64,000 nucleotides of DNA from a virus. Lineage: Duplodnaviria > Caudoviricetes. The position numbers and the translations under genes were made by a program. Under the pieces are notes generated by a model, which was given only the letters and a program-made list of their open reading frames with translations, was not told the origin of the DNA and made no database searches. The stretch is from IMG/VR virus record IMGVR_UViG_3300023053_000001, positions 64,001-128,000 of that record; one strand, given 5' to 3'. Positions 19,484-28,175 of this stretch are shown here, in pieces (positions within the stretch are counted from its first letter, which is position 1; each line of letters opens with the position of its first letter).

Positions 19484-20035
19484 ATGAGCGTAGATTTCAG
19501 CAAGACTCCATTGGACAACCTGATGGAGATGCTCAATGCCAAAAGTTCGGTGGTCGCTAAGGCCACCGACTTCATTGAGATTGATCGCCTGACTGTTCTC
19601 ACGGACGACGTCGATGGCCGCAATACGCAGCTGTCGTTGCGTACGAACATGGAGTTCAGTCACGCCGGCCGTGTCAATCCCAAGTTCAACCGTTTGCCGC
19701 TCAATAGCGTGATTACCCCTCGTGTCAACGTCACGGTGGAAGATTACGCAACCTTCGAGCAGGTGCTGGAAACCTACCGCCGTAAGTACGGCGTGTATGT
19801 GGACGTGCTCGATGTACAGCCCGACCAGCCCTTCGATGTGTCCGGTGGTGATCTGAGCTATGCGGTGGCAGTGACCTCACCGGCCACGTCCTTCGGTTAC
19901 AAAGGCACGGCTGTACTGAACGTCAATGTGAACTGGCGTTTCGACGACCCGGAAAAGGTGGAGATGGACATGAACCAGCTGCGACAGCTGGTGCAGTTTG
20001 ATCTCCCCCTTGCCCTCAACTCACTTTCCTTCTGA
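19484..20035 (+). CDS. virion protein of the dispersed paralog family
   Basis: RNTQL..., KFNRLPL, FGYKGTA pattern. Confidence 0.7.
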   Translation: MSVDFSKTPLDNLMEMLNAKSSVVAKATDFIEIDRLTVLTDDVDGRNTQLSLRTNMEFSHAGRVNPKFNRLPLNSVITPRVNVTVEDYATFEQVLETYRRKYGVYVDVLDVQPDQPFDVSGGDLSYAVAVTSPATSFGYKGTAVLNVNVNWRFDDPEKVEMDMNQLRQLVQFDLPLALNSLSF

Positions 20036-20046
20036 GGTAGACGGCC

Positions 20047-20613
20047 ATGGCCGAAGAAACTCCCCTGACCCAGCAAGCCCTGCTGGAAGAACAGCAGCGC
20101 CTGGTGGGCGTGCTCAATGACCAGGTTGCCACGCTGCACGGCTTCCTGAACAAGCCGGCCGGTGAGACGGTACAGACCGAGTCCGGCTCGATCCCCTCCC
20201 TGCGTGGTGTGATCGAACAGATCCGCCTGCAGTCCGGGTATCGTACCTACACGGTGGACATCAATCGCGAAACGCTCGGCCGTTACGCCGGCGGTGCCGA
20301 AGCACTGGGTCGCATCGTCCATCTGATCCCGGTCTACGTCAGTCCCGGCTTGCCTGGTGCAGCGTTCCGTCTGGGCACCACCACTGCACAGGCAGTGGAT
20401 CTGGACATCACCTGGGGCTCGGCCACCTTCAAGGTGCGCTTTGCTGCCAACTCCGATACCGGTGTAGTGGTGGATTCGTCCATCTCCGAACCGACCCTGA
20501 TGCCAGCTGGCACCATGGTGACCGTCAAGGTCAACGGGGCGGTATGGACTGCCGCAGGTCTGGTGATGGCCATCCCGGCCCAGATCGATCTGCTGCCTGA
20601 CGTTGCAGGTTGA
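20047..20613 (+). CDS. putative virion/tail-associated protein
   Basis: GAGG RBS; TESGSIPSLRG motif typical of tail-fibre N-termini. Confidence 0.65.
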   Translation: MAEETPLTQQALLEEQQRLVGVLNDQVATLHGFLNKPAGETVQTESGSIPSLRGVIEQIRLQSGYRTYTVDINRETLGRYAGGAEALGRIVHLIPVYVSPGLPGAAFRLGTTTAQAVDLDITWGSATFKVRFAANSDTGVVVDSSISEPTLMPAGTMVTVKVNGAVWTAAGLVMAIPAQIDLLPDVAG

Positions 20614-20624
20614 GGAGGTGATCT

Positions 20625-21755
20625 ATGGGTCATCTCACCAAACCCAGTAACGAGCTGATCTACGATCTGATCCTGAAAGCCAACCCCGACCTGATGGGTA
20701 AGCTGCAGATCGGTCACCTGAGCTTTGATGCCCCCATCCCGCAGCAGCCTGGTTCGTCCACCAATTCCAGCGTGGTGGCCCGTGGTTTGGCCAATGCGCA
20801 AGGCATCGGTTACCGCGGCGCTCGCACCTTCCGCTACGACCGTCTGAACATGGCAGTCAAGATGCCGCCAGACGATGCTCAGACGTTGGAAGTGATGGTG
20901 CCCAACGACGGCTTTGAAACCAAGCTGGAAGTGGTCGATCGCCTCAACAAGAAGTACGATCTGATGATCGGTGCTGCCGACATTGTCGATGGCCCGGTGG
21001 ATGTCAGCGTGCTTCCGGCCAAGACCACAATCGTGGCCAAGGCATCGTCTCTGGCATGGACCGGTCAACTCACCATCAACTTCGTGCCGGATCGTCCGTT
21101 CTACAAGGACACCTTCAGCACGCAAGTGCTCGATGGTCTGCCGATGCCGGAAGTAACTGATCCGGCACTGGACACCCCGGTGGCCTCCTCCAACCTGTCC
21201 CCGACGTTCGCCGTGGACGGTAAGCTGTACCAGCCTGGTGATGGCGCCTACCCGGCCGATCACTTTGCGGTATCGCGCAACCCGGAGGTAGAAGTTGCAC
21301 TGGCTCCCAGGATCGGAACCGGTGAAGTAGCCACGGCACCCACGGCTGGCTTTGAGTACGCACTGACCCTGGCCGGCGCTGCCGACTGGATGCTTTGCTA
21401 CAGCGTTGGTTCACGCGAAGAACCGGCAGTGGATGTGTTGCAACGCTATCGCATCATCGCCCAGATCACCGGTCCGGATGGTAGTGAGCTGATGCTCACC
21501 GTCACCTCGATCGATGATGCCCTGTGGTTTGCCAACGCAGACCAGAGCATCAAGATTGCCGTCACCACGGCAGTGGGTGATCTGGTACTGCAGGGTGCGT
21601 TGAGCATGAATGAGCTGTCTGCAAAGTTGGGTGAGGTTATGCGCAATGGAGCTGGTGCTCCGCTGGGCAAGTACACCTTGCGTCTGATGGCGCGACGCAT
21701 CAACTCGGTGGTGCCGCGCGTGCTGGCCTCTTGCGCAGCCCGTGTGATCAATTGA
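20625..21755 (+). CDS. two-domain virion protein (paralog-family N-domain, VLDGL motif, C-domain)
   Basis: GGAGG RBS; NSSVV, FRYDRLN, SLAWTGQ. Confidence 0.72.
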   Translation: MGHLTKPSNELIYDLILKANPDLMGKLQIGHLSFDAPIPQQPGSSTNSSVVARGLANAQGIGYRGARTFRYDRLNMAVKMPPDDAQTLEVMVPNDGFETKLEVVDRLNKKYDLMIGAADIVDGPVDVSVLPAKTTIVAKASSLAWTGQLTINFVPDRPFYKDTFSTQVLDGLPMPEVTDPALDTPVASSNLSPTFAVDGKLYQPGDGAYPADHFAVSRNPEVEVALAPRIGTGEVATAPTAGFEYALTLAGAADWMLCYSVGSREEPAVDVLQRYRIIAQITGPDGSELMLTVTSIDDALWFANADQSIKIAVTTAVGDLVLQGALSMNELSAKLGEVMRNGAGAPLGKYTLRLMARRINSVVPRVLASCAARVIN

Positions 21756-21797
21756 CATAAGCCCCTCCTCCTTCACGGGAGGAGGGGTTCTATGCCG
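21754..21797 (+). terminator. hairpin followed by TTCTATGCCG
   Basis: GACATAAGCCCCTCCTCC-TTCACG-GGAGGAGGGGTT. Confidence 0.8.
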
Positions 21798-21887
21798 TGT
21801 TTTAAAACAGATCGGGTATATGCATTGGAACTTATTTCACCCACACATTACTCCCTTGTTCAACCACCCTCAATGACATAGCCAACC

Positions 21888-22334
21888 ATGAACAACATCC
21901 CGCTCACCACCGTCCACCTCGATCAGACCTTCAGCGATTTGGTTCGTTTTGCCAAGGGCCATTACGGTACCTACTACGCCGACAACCAAGCGCTCAAGCT
22001 GGCAGTGCTGCTTCGCCATTACTTCCTGATGGACGCTGATCCCAAGCTGGATGCCAATGGTCTGGTCACTAGCCGTCTCTACCGGGAGGCGCTGATCAGC
22101 ATGTCCATCGCCACTTTCAAGGCGTTGGGCAACAAGATCAACAATCATGAAAAGCTCTTCGAAGAGTTGTTGATCAAGTGCGCCGGCCAGCCCATCGAGA
22201 AGTACATGGAGGAGATGCTCGGCATTTTCTCCAACGTCGTGGTGTTCCAGGGTGAGGGTGAGTTGCGGCACGAACGTGTGCGTCTGAGCGAACTCAACCT
22301 GAAGCTCAAGGCTGAACTCGAAGCCATCGGGTAG
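21888..22334 (+). CDS. hypothetical protein (148 aa)
   Basis: ORF after an AT-rich promoter-like stretch. Confidence 0.7.
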   Translation: MNNIPLTTVHLDQTFSDLVRFAKGHYGTYYADNQALKLAVLLRHYFLMDADPKLDANGLVTSRLYREALISMSIATFKALGNKINNHEKLFEELLIKCAGQPIEKYMEEMLGIFSNVVVFQGEGELRHERVRLSELNLKLKAELEAIG

Positions 22335-22338
22335 GATA

Positions 22339-22773
22339 ATGTTCAAGCGCAAGATTCGCATCAGCGAGCAGATTTTTGACTCCATTGCTGATGCTGCCCG
22401 GTTCCTCAACGTATGTCCCTTGTCGCTGCGTAACTGGATCAAGTCCTCCAATCCGAAGTGGGCGCACATCCGTTACGAAGACCAAGAAAAAGTCAGCGTA
22501 GTGACCCGCACCAAAAACGTGCGGGTTTGCTATCGCGGCAAGCTGTATGATTCGTTGTCTATCGCCGCTCGCGCCAACCAACTCACCGCGCCGGCCATTG
22601 CCCACGCCATCAACAGCGAACACCATCCGGACTGTTACTACCTCAAGTCCAATGGTGAGCGTATCAAGCACGTCGAAAAGCCGAAGTACCGTATCTCCGA
22701 GCAGACCCGGCAGCGTGCCGTGAAAGCTCAGCAAAGGCGCCAGTTCTTCCAAGAGCTGAACGCCATCCCCTAA
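22339..22773 (+). CDS. protein with two NUMOD1/IENR1-like helix-turn-helix repeats and no nuclease domain
   Basis: IFDSIADAARFLNV and LYDSLSIAARANQL repeats. Confidence 0.6.
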   Translation: MFKRKIRISEQIFDSIADAARFLNVCPLSLRNWIKSSNPKWAHIRYEDQEKVSVVTRTKNVRVCYRGKLYDSLSIAARANQLTAPAIAHAINSEHHPDCYYLKSNGERIKHVEKPKYRISEQTRQRAVKAQQRRQFFQELNAIP

Positions 22774-22797
22774 CCTCCTCTATCCAAAGTGAAGACC

Positions 22798-23508
22798 ATG
22801 TCCAAGCATGACCATCTGCCTGTCAACGTTTCCTCCGTCATCGAATACCCGCAGCAGTGGGCCGATGAAACCGGCCCCTTCGGCGGCGCATTCCAATGGG
22901 CGCTGGACCATCTGGCCCCCAATGCGGAAGTCCAAGGCTTCCGTCAGGCGATCAACAGCTACGGTCGCCTGGAGCTGTTCAAGTTCCGTCTGATCCGCGG
23001 TCACGACGATGACGTGCGCGGTAAGATGGAAGCCGAAGGCGGCACCAACTTCAGCATGAAGAACGGCAACCTCGGCCTGGTTCAGCGCAACGAGGAGTGG
23101 ACCCGCCGCTATGTGTTGGTCGAAGCCGACGGCAAGCTGAAGTGGAAGCTGGAATGGGAACGTGTCATGTACCACCAGCCGGTGGATGCGGACATGCCGA
23201 CCATGGCAGCGGCCCTGATCAGCAAGTGCTCGGAGATGGCCAACCTGATCTCCCGTCACCTCAAGCGCAGCTGGTGCCGTGAGGTGTTTGGTTGCAGCTT
23301 TGAGAAGCTGCGCGATCATCGCCTCTACCGTCACCTGCTGACCGGCCGTGTCACCGACACCCACCGCGCTCTGTACACCCACTTCGTGGAAGAGTACGGT
23401 CAGGTCATCAACCTGCACGTGCGTCGCGCTGAAGGGCGCGAAGCCAGCTTCACTGACGCCGATATGGATGCGCTGGTGGCTGCCACCAAGATCATCCTCA
23501 ACGCCTAA
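22798..23508 (+). CDS. hypothetical protein (~236 aa)
   Basis: Strong codon bias; start at 22789 or 22798. Confidence 0.75.
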   Translation: MSKHDHLPVNVSSVIEYPQQWADETGPFGGAFQWALDHLAPNAEVQGFRQAINSYGRLELFKFRLIRGHDDDVRGKMEAEGGTNFSMKNGNLGLVQRNEEWTRRYVLVEADGKLKWKLEWERVMYHQPVDADMPTMAAALISKCSEMANLISRHLKRSWCREVFGCSFEKLRDHRLYRHLLTGRVTDTHRALYTHFVEEYGQVINLHVRRAEGREASFTDADMDALVAATKIILNA

Positions 23509-23541
23509 CCACAACCTCCTCAATGCTCAGGTATATCCCCA

Positions 23542-24156
23542 ATGAATGACCTCACCCTGCATAAGAACTTCACCCTGCACGTCTACCGCGATGCCGGTGA
23601 AGACCAGCGTGTCCGTTCCACCACCATGAACATGCTGGACATGCCCACCGCGCAGGAACTGTCGGCGGTGATGGACACGCTCAAGCTGCCCAAGGACGGT
23701 TACGCCAAGGTCACCGCGCTCGGTGACTGGAAGGCACTGTCGGGAAACCGTCAGGTGCTGTACCGTGCCTATCGCATCGATGTGGTGGGCGACGATCGCG
23801 ACATCGAGAACGTGGTGCTGTACCAGAACAACCGCAACGTTGCTGGCCGCTACCTGCTGCCGTACGTGGCCGTCCATCTGGACAGCGACTGGAACGATGC
23901 GGAAGTGCTGCGTGAAGCGGTCGATGCGATCCTGTGGCGCTGGGGCGTTGATGCAGCCAGCGGCTTCGACATCGACTTCACCACCCGCCACGACGTCGGC
24001 GAAGACATCAAGCACATCGATCGCCTGCTGTCCCGCCACGAGTATCCCTTCGGCGCCGGTGCGCGTTCGGTCCGCTACGATCGCCGCAACAACGCCATCA
24101 TCGCCGAACTGACCAGCGACAAGGAGGCCAAGGATGTCGCATACCCCCGCCTCTGA
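23542..24156 (+). CDS. hypothetical protein (204 aa)
   Basis: Strong codon bias. Confidence 0.75.
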   Translation: MNDLTLHKNFTLHVYRDAGEDQRVRSTTMNMLDMPTAQELSAVMDTLKLPKDGYAKVTALGDWKALSGNRQVLYRAYRIDVVGDDRDIENVVLYQNNRNVAGRYLLPYVAVHLDSDWNDAEVLREAVDAILWRWGVDAASGFDIDFTTRHDVGEDIKHIDRLLSRHEYPFGAGARSVRYDRRNNAIIAELTSDKEAKDVAYPRL

Positions 24157-24769
24157 CCAGACGGGCTTGCCCAAGGTGCGCATTTATCCCAAGCTCAAGG
24201 CTTGGGACAATGCCATCCGGGCAGTGCTGGGACAACTGAACGGCTCGGCGCTGCATGACGCTCTCCGCGCCGCGGCGATCTATGCCACTAAGAACCATCC
24301 GCAGGGGATCTATTGGCTCAACCCCACGCACGTGATGTTGAGCTACAAGGACCACAGCTTGGTGTTCTTCGGCAATGTGGCTGGCGGGATCGAACAGGCA
24401 GCCGGGCAGTTCATGGCCATCAGCGAGACCAATCATCGGTATCGCTGGTTCAGTCCCTCGTACTGGATAGCGCGCAAGCAGCGCAAGCGGTTGACGAAGG
24501 TGGGTGAGCCGTCCAACATCACCCCACCCATCGTCGATCTGCTGCATTTCCGCCGACCATCCGAGTTCCCACCGGAGATGGACATCGTCTACGAATTCCT
24601 CCGGCAGTTGAGCCTGAGGGTCGGTGGCGATGACGTGTACTACAACACCTACAACATCTACAATGAGTTGGAAATCATGATCTGCACCGATCGGGCAACC
24701 TATTGGGCAGTGATTGATTTCACGGTGTTCGGCAACGAGAATGATGGGAAATTCCCAGTGGAACTGTAA
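24134..24769 (+). CDS. hypothetical protein (211 aa)
   Basis: AAGGAGG RBS inside the upstream gene. Confidence 0.7.
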   Translation: MSHTPASDQTGLPKVRIYPKLKAWDNAIRAVLGQLNGSALHDALRAAAIYATKNHPQGIYWLNPTHVMLSYKDHSLVFFGNVAGGIEQAAGQFMAISETNHRYRWFSPSYWIARKQRKRLTKVGEPSNITPPIVDLLHFRRPSEFPPEMDIVYEFLRQLSLRVGGDDVYYNTYNIYNELEIMICTDRATYWAVIDFTVFGNENDGKFPVEL

Positions 24770-24774
24770 TTTTC

Positions 24775-25575
24775 TACAGACCAAACTGATCTGATAGAGA
24801 GAGTTGTTGCAGTTGTCTGTGGAACGTGCCTGCGCTTCGGCGCTGCTGCCATACCCATTACCTTGACCGCCCAAGGTAGCAGACCCCCGGGTAAGCTGGG
24901 AAAGCCCGGTTTTCATCGACCCTTCGTGTGGTACCTGCCGTCCTCGCCAGGTATTGCGTGTTGGGTCGACCTTCTTCCATGTCATGCTGCACGGTGTACT
25001 TTTCCCTAAACGGGGGATGTCGTCTAGAACCGTAGCAGCGTGGCGCCTCTACGCCCTTGCCCATTGCCGCCAGCGTCGTCTACGGACTAACGCCGGCGCG
25101 TTGGGCCGGGCACCCTCCATGTTCGCCTCCGCGCGCTTTAGGCCACCGCGGTTACGCGCCGGCCAGTGCCGGAGGCGGACGCCATCGTTCGATCTTGCAA
25201 GCCCTCAGACAGGCTCAGCCGAATAGTAGAGCAGCAATGTTGTCCATCCTCGATCGTCCCGTTGCAACCACGCCTACTGGTGAGTTGCTAGGTGTGCGTC
25301 CTCATCTCCCCAGAGGGACGTGCGACCTGCTAACGGTAATAGACGGCACTCCTCCCTCCCCAGGGGCTGTGCAAACCCCAATCGAGTCGGGCGTCCGCGC
25401 CTAAGAATGGATGGTCGCAGCTGCACGGTACCAGTGAGCATTCGCACTGGTCGAGTCGTGGGTAAAAATTGCAAGGTTCCCGTACCTCTTACTGATAATG
25501 AAGCTGGTCCGCACACGCGGATGGGTGGAGTCGACCTGAGGGGAATCAGCCGGTAAACGGGATAGCCGGTTTTTA
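24775..25575 (+). ncRNA. candidate large structured non-coding RNA, family not recognised
   Basis: About 800 nt with no credible CDS between a stop codon and a terminator; more than 10 stems, including crossing 10-bp and 11-bp stems, a cUUCGg tetraloop and G-U pairs that work only on the + strand. Confidence 0.5.
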
Positions 25576-25619
25576 CATATAAGCCCCTCCTACCTTCGGG
25601 TGGGAGGGGCTTTATGCCG
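25576..25619 (+). terminator. cUUCGg hairpin followed by TTTATGCCG
   Basis: AAGCCCCTCCTACC-TTCG-GGTGGGAGGGGCTT. Confidence 0.8.
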
Positions 25620-25672
25620 CTGTATTTTATTGCTCCACATACCCATCTAATAACTACCAGGGGGCCACCAAC

Positions 25673-26416
25673 ATGTACGAAGCATCAGATGTACTGCAAG
25701 AAGAGCGCGTCCATCACATGAACGCACTCACCAAAGGTTTGACCCAGGCATCGCACGAAGTACCCCACCTCGATCCTGTGATCGATGTCCTGCACCACAG
25801 CTTCCGTACCGCCCTCAAGAACGTCTCCAGCCGACTGGGCCTGATGTCCATGGACGTCTCCTCCCATGTCGTGGATGACAACGCATTCCTCTTCAACCTG
25901 CGCGACCACCGCAAGTTGATTCGCAACCGGCATACCGGCAGGACCGAGCACGCTGCGCAGCATTCCCACGCCCATCGTCCGCTGCTGCGTGTGTACGCCC
26001 GCAAGGCGTCGGTGTTCTCGCGCATCCGTCGCCTCAGCCGCCGACTGACAGCGACGGCCACTGCGGCCAAGCCCGTCGAGATCCTGCAGTATCTGGTGGA
26101 TCTGGAAAAGAACGCAATGGCAGCGCCCATGGCCTGTCCCGAACAGTGCCGCTTCCTGGCCACCGTGTTCCAGGAACTGCTGGCCCACGGTTTCTTGCCT
26201 GAGGCAGTGAGTGCTCACCAAGGGCACTTTGACCAGAGCGACGCAGAACAGGCGGTGGGCCATCGCACGTGGGCCGGTCCCGATACCTACCAAGTCATGC
26301 TGGCCAATCGTGACATCGAAGTGTTCTTCAACGTACGTCCGAGGGGGCTGTACGAATTCGGCGAGATGCCGGAGATGAACCATTACGTCGAGGAACGGCA
26401 AACGGCCGTGGCCTAA
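25673..26416 (+). CDS. hypothetical protein (247 aa; alternative start 25718)
   Basis: Long ORF with codon bias. Confidence 0.7.
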   Translation: MYEASDVLQEERVHHMNALTKGLTQASHEVPHLDPVIDVLHHSFRTALKNVSSRLGLMSMDVSSHVVDDNAFLFNLRDHRKLIRNRHTGRTEHAAQHSHAHRPLLRVYARKASVFSRIRRLSRRLTATATAAKPVEILQYLVDLEKNAMAAPMACPEQCRFLATVFQELLAHGFLPEAVSAHQGHFDQSDAEQAVGHRTWAGPDTYQVMLANRDIEVFFNVRPRGLYEFGEMPEMNHYVEERQTAVA

Positions 26417-26443
26417 TGGTTTGGACAACCCTTTAAGGATCGT

Positions 26444-27067
26444 GTGATGAGTCTTGCAGAAGCATTTGCCGCCGTGATGTCGGTGGAGGAACTGCCGGCT
26501 GACGGTAAAGCGCGCGTGGAGCGTGAGTTTACCTACTACGCCAAACTGGTCGATGAATCGCAGTTGGACAAAGCCAACTCGCGCGAAGATCAGGAACAGT
26601 GGTCGATTCGTGTCGCCCCCAGTGACACGATTACCTACGCCGGTGAACTGCGCGTACGCCGCTGTGAGAAACCAGGCGAGGAACCGCGCTTCATCCTCAC
26701 CAGCAAGACCTTCAAGATCGGGGACTTCGGTAAGGTTGAGTCGGAAACGGAAGTGAGCGAGGACATGTTCCTCCAGTTCCGCAAGCTGTCCAACTCGGGC
26801 ATGATCAAGACTCGCTACTGCTTCGAGCGCACCGATGGTCTGGTGTGGGAAGTGGACGTGTACAAGTCCCCGGATGGTCAGCGCATCGACTGGGTCAAGG
26901 TCGATCTGGAAGTCAAGGACGATCGTGAACCGCCGCGTGACTTCCCGGTGGAGCTGACCGATGTCATTGGCGGTGATCCGCGCACGCGCACTGAAGTTGA
27001 GCGCAAGCAGGTGGCCGACATCTTGGACAATCACTTCGTGCTGAAGAACCAATACCCCAAGGGGTAA
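26444..27067 (+). CDS. CYTH / triphosphate tunnel metalloenzyme-like protein
   Basis: ERE near the N-terminus, RVR, LTSK, E.ETEV, IKTRY, WEVDVY, DLEV. Confidence 0.75.
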   Translation: MMSLAEAFAAVMSVEELPADGKARVEREFTYYAKLVDESQLDKANSREDQEQWSIRVAPSDTITYAGELRVRRCEKPGEEPRFILTSKTFKIGDFGKVESETEVSEDMFLQFRKLSNSGMIKTRYCFERTDGLVWEVDVYKSPDGQRIDWVKVDLEVKDDREPPRDFPVELTDVIGGDPRTRTEVERKQVADILDNHFVLKNQYPKG

Positions 27068-27078
27068 GAGGAACGGTA

Positions 27079-27255
27079 ATGGAAGAGTTGCTGAAGCAAG
27101 CCAAAGTGAGCCAGCAACGTCCACCGGCGGGGCTGGGCGGATACCAACAGGTGTCCTGCCCATGCTGCCGCGGTTACGCGCTGGAAAGTAGCTGGTGTGA
27201 TCATTGCAATCGCACCGGCGTAATTGCTGTATTCAGAGCCCCTGCCGCAAGGTAG
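27079..27255 (+). CDS. 58-aa ORF with CPCCRG...CDHCNRTG (DnaJ-type zinc-finger-like)
   Basis: GAGG RBS; read directly from the sequence (not in the ORF track); the stop lies within the hairpin. Confidence 0.55.
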   Translation: MEELLKQAKVSQQRPPAGLGGYQQVSCPCCRGYALESSWCDHCNRTGVIAVFRAPAAR

Positions 27256-27268
27256 GGGCTTTATGTCC
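27236..27268 (+). terminator. GNRA hairpin followed by TTTATGTC
   Basis: AGCCCCTGCC-GCAA-GGTAGGGGCT. Confidence 0.7.
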
Positions 27269-27284
27269 CCCTAGAGAGAAAACC

Positions 27285-27608
27285 ATGAGCAATGATTTCG
27301 ACGCCATCCTCGGCACTGACCCGGAAGACCCCGCCCTGATCACCACTGCCGGGCACGCTGTTCGCATTACCAGTGCACCCTTCCAGACGAAGGAGGTGGC
27401 CGCACAGGAGCTGTTGACCCTGTCCTTGACGCCGAAGTACCTGTTCGGCTACATCGACCCTGACACGCTGCGTGTGATCGCGTTCTTTGAAGATGAGAAT
27501 CCGGGCTATGGTTCGGATGCCAAGTTCAAGGAAGTGATCTACGTCGATTCGCCCACCAAGGATCAGCGCCGCAACGCTGGTCTGCCTGATGAAGAGGACA
27601 CCGAGTAA
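27285..27608 (+). CDS. hypothetical acidic protein (107 aa), coupled to DHFR
   Basis: TAATG stop/start overlap with folA. Confidence 0.7.
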   Translation: MSNDFDAILGTDPEDPALITTAGHAVRITSAPFQTKEVAAQELLTLSLTPKYLFGYIDPDTLRVIAFFEDENPGYGSDAKFKEVIYVDSPTKDQRRNAGLPDEEDTE

Positions 27609-28111
27609 TGGACATGAAGTTGATTGCCATCGCCGCCATGAACGATCGCAACATCATCGGCAGTGATAACAAGATCCCGTGGAAGTGCAAGGAAGACATG
27701 CGCTTCTTCAAGGAGATGACTTCCGGCCATGCGGTGGTGATGGGTCGCAAGACGGCCGAGTCGCTGGGCAAGCCCCTGCCCAACCGCTACAACCTGGTGC
27801 TCAGCTCCTCCGGTCCGAAGGTCGTGGAAGTGGGCGATGACAAGTTCTACTACTTCCCCACGGTCGATGACCTGATCTTCGCAGCCGAAGCTACGGGCCA
27901 GAAGAAGCTGTTCATCATCGGCGGCGCCGAGATCTACTCGCTGTTTGCCGACTCGGTCGATGAACTGCTGCTCACGCGTATCCGCAACGACAGCAAGGGC
28001 GATACCCTGTTCCCGCTGCATGCCTACCAGCAGCTTTTCGCAGTGGGTGATCGTGAGCAGATCCAGCTCAGCGAGCAGGCCATCGTTACGCGTTACCACT
28101 ACCGCAAGTAA
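27608..28111 (+). CDS. folA: dihydrofolate reductase
   Basis: IAAM..RNIIG.DNKIPW..KED..FF, VMGRKT.ES, PLPNR.N.V, IIGGAEIY, GDT.FP. Confidence 0.95.
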   Translation: MDMKLIAIAAMNDRNIIGSDNKIPWKCKEDMRFFKEMTSGHAVVMGRKTAESLGKPLPNRYNLVLSSSGPKVVEVGDDKFYYFPTVDDLIFAAEATGQKKLFIIGGAEIYSLFADSVDELLLTRIRNDSKGDTLFPLHAYQQLFAVGDREQIQLSEQAIVTRYHYRK

Positions 28112-28112
28112 C

Positions 28113-28160
28113 GGCATATGCCCCTCCCGCCCCGTCAAGGGCGGGAGGGGCAGTGTGACG
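28113..28160. terminator. bidirectional hairpin between convergent genes
   Basis: GCCCCTCCCGCCC-CGTCAA-GGGCGGGAGGGGC. Confidence 0.75.
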
Positions 28161-28175
28161 CTTTTGCTTTGGCGA

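Noticed and set aside
25092-25180. HDV-like/theta ribozyme reading of the pseudoknot
   Set aside because: No P3/L3 of the right geometry, and no P4 or catalytic-C J4/2 strand between the two 3' arms.
25010-25500. tmRNA (GGGGGATGT resembles a tmRNA 5' end)
   Set aside because: No TTCGAC after it, no T-arm/acceptor 3' end with CCA, and no tag reading frame recognised.
24954-25556. ORFs inside the candidate ncRNA (24954-25226, 25057-25404, 25320-25556, 25274-25516)
   Set aside because: No SD, no phage codon bias, Arg/Pro/Gly-rich random-like composition.
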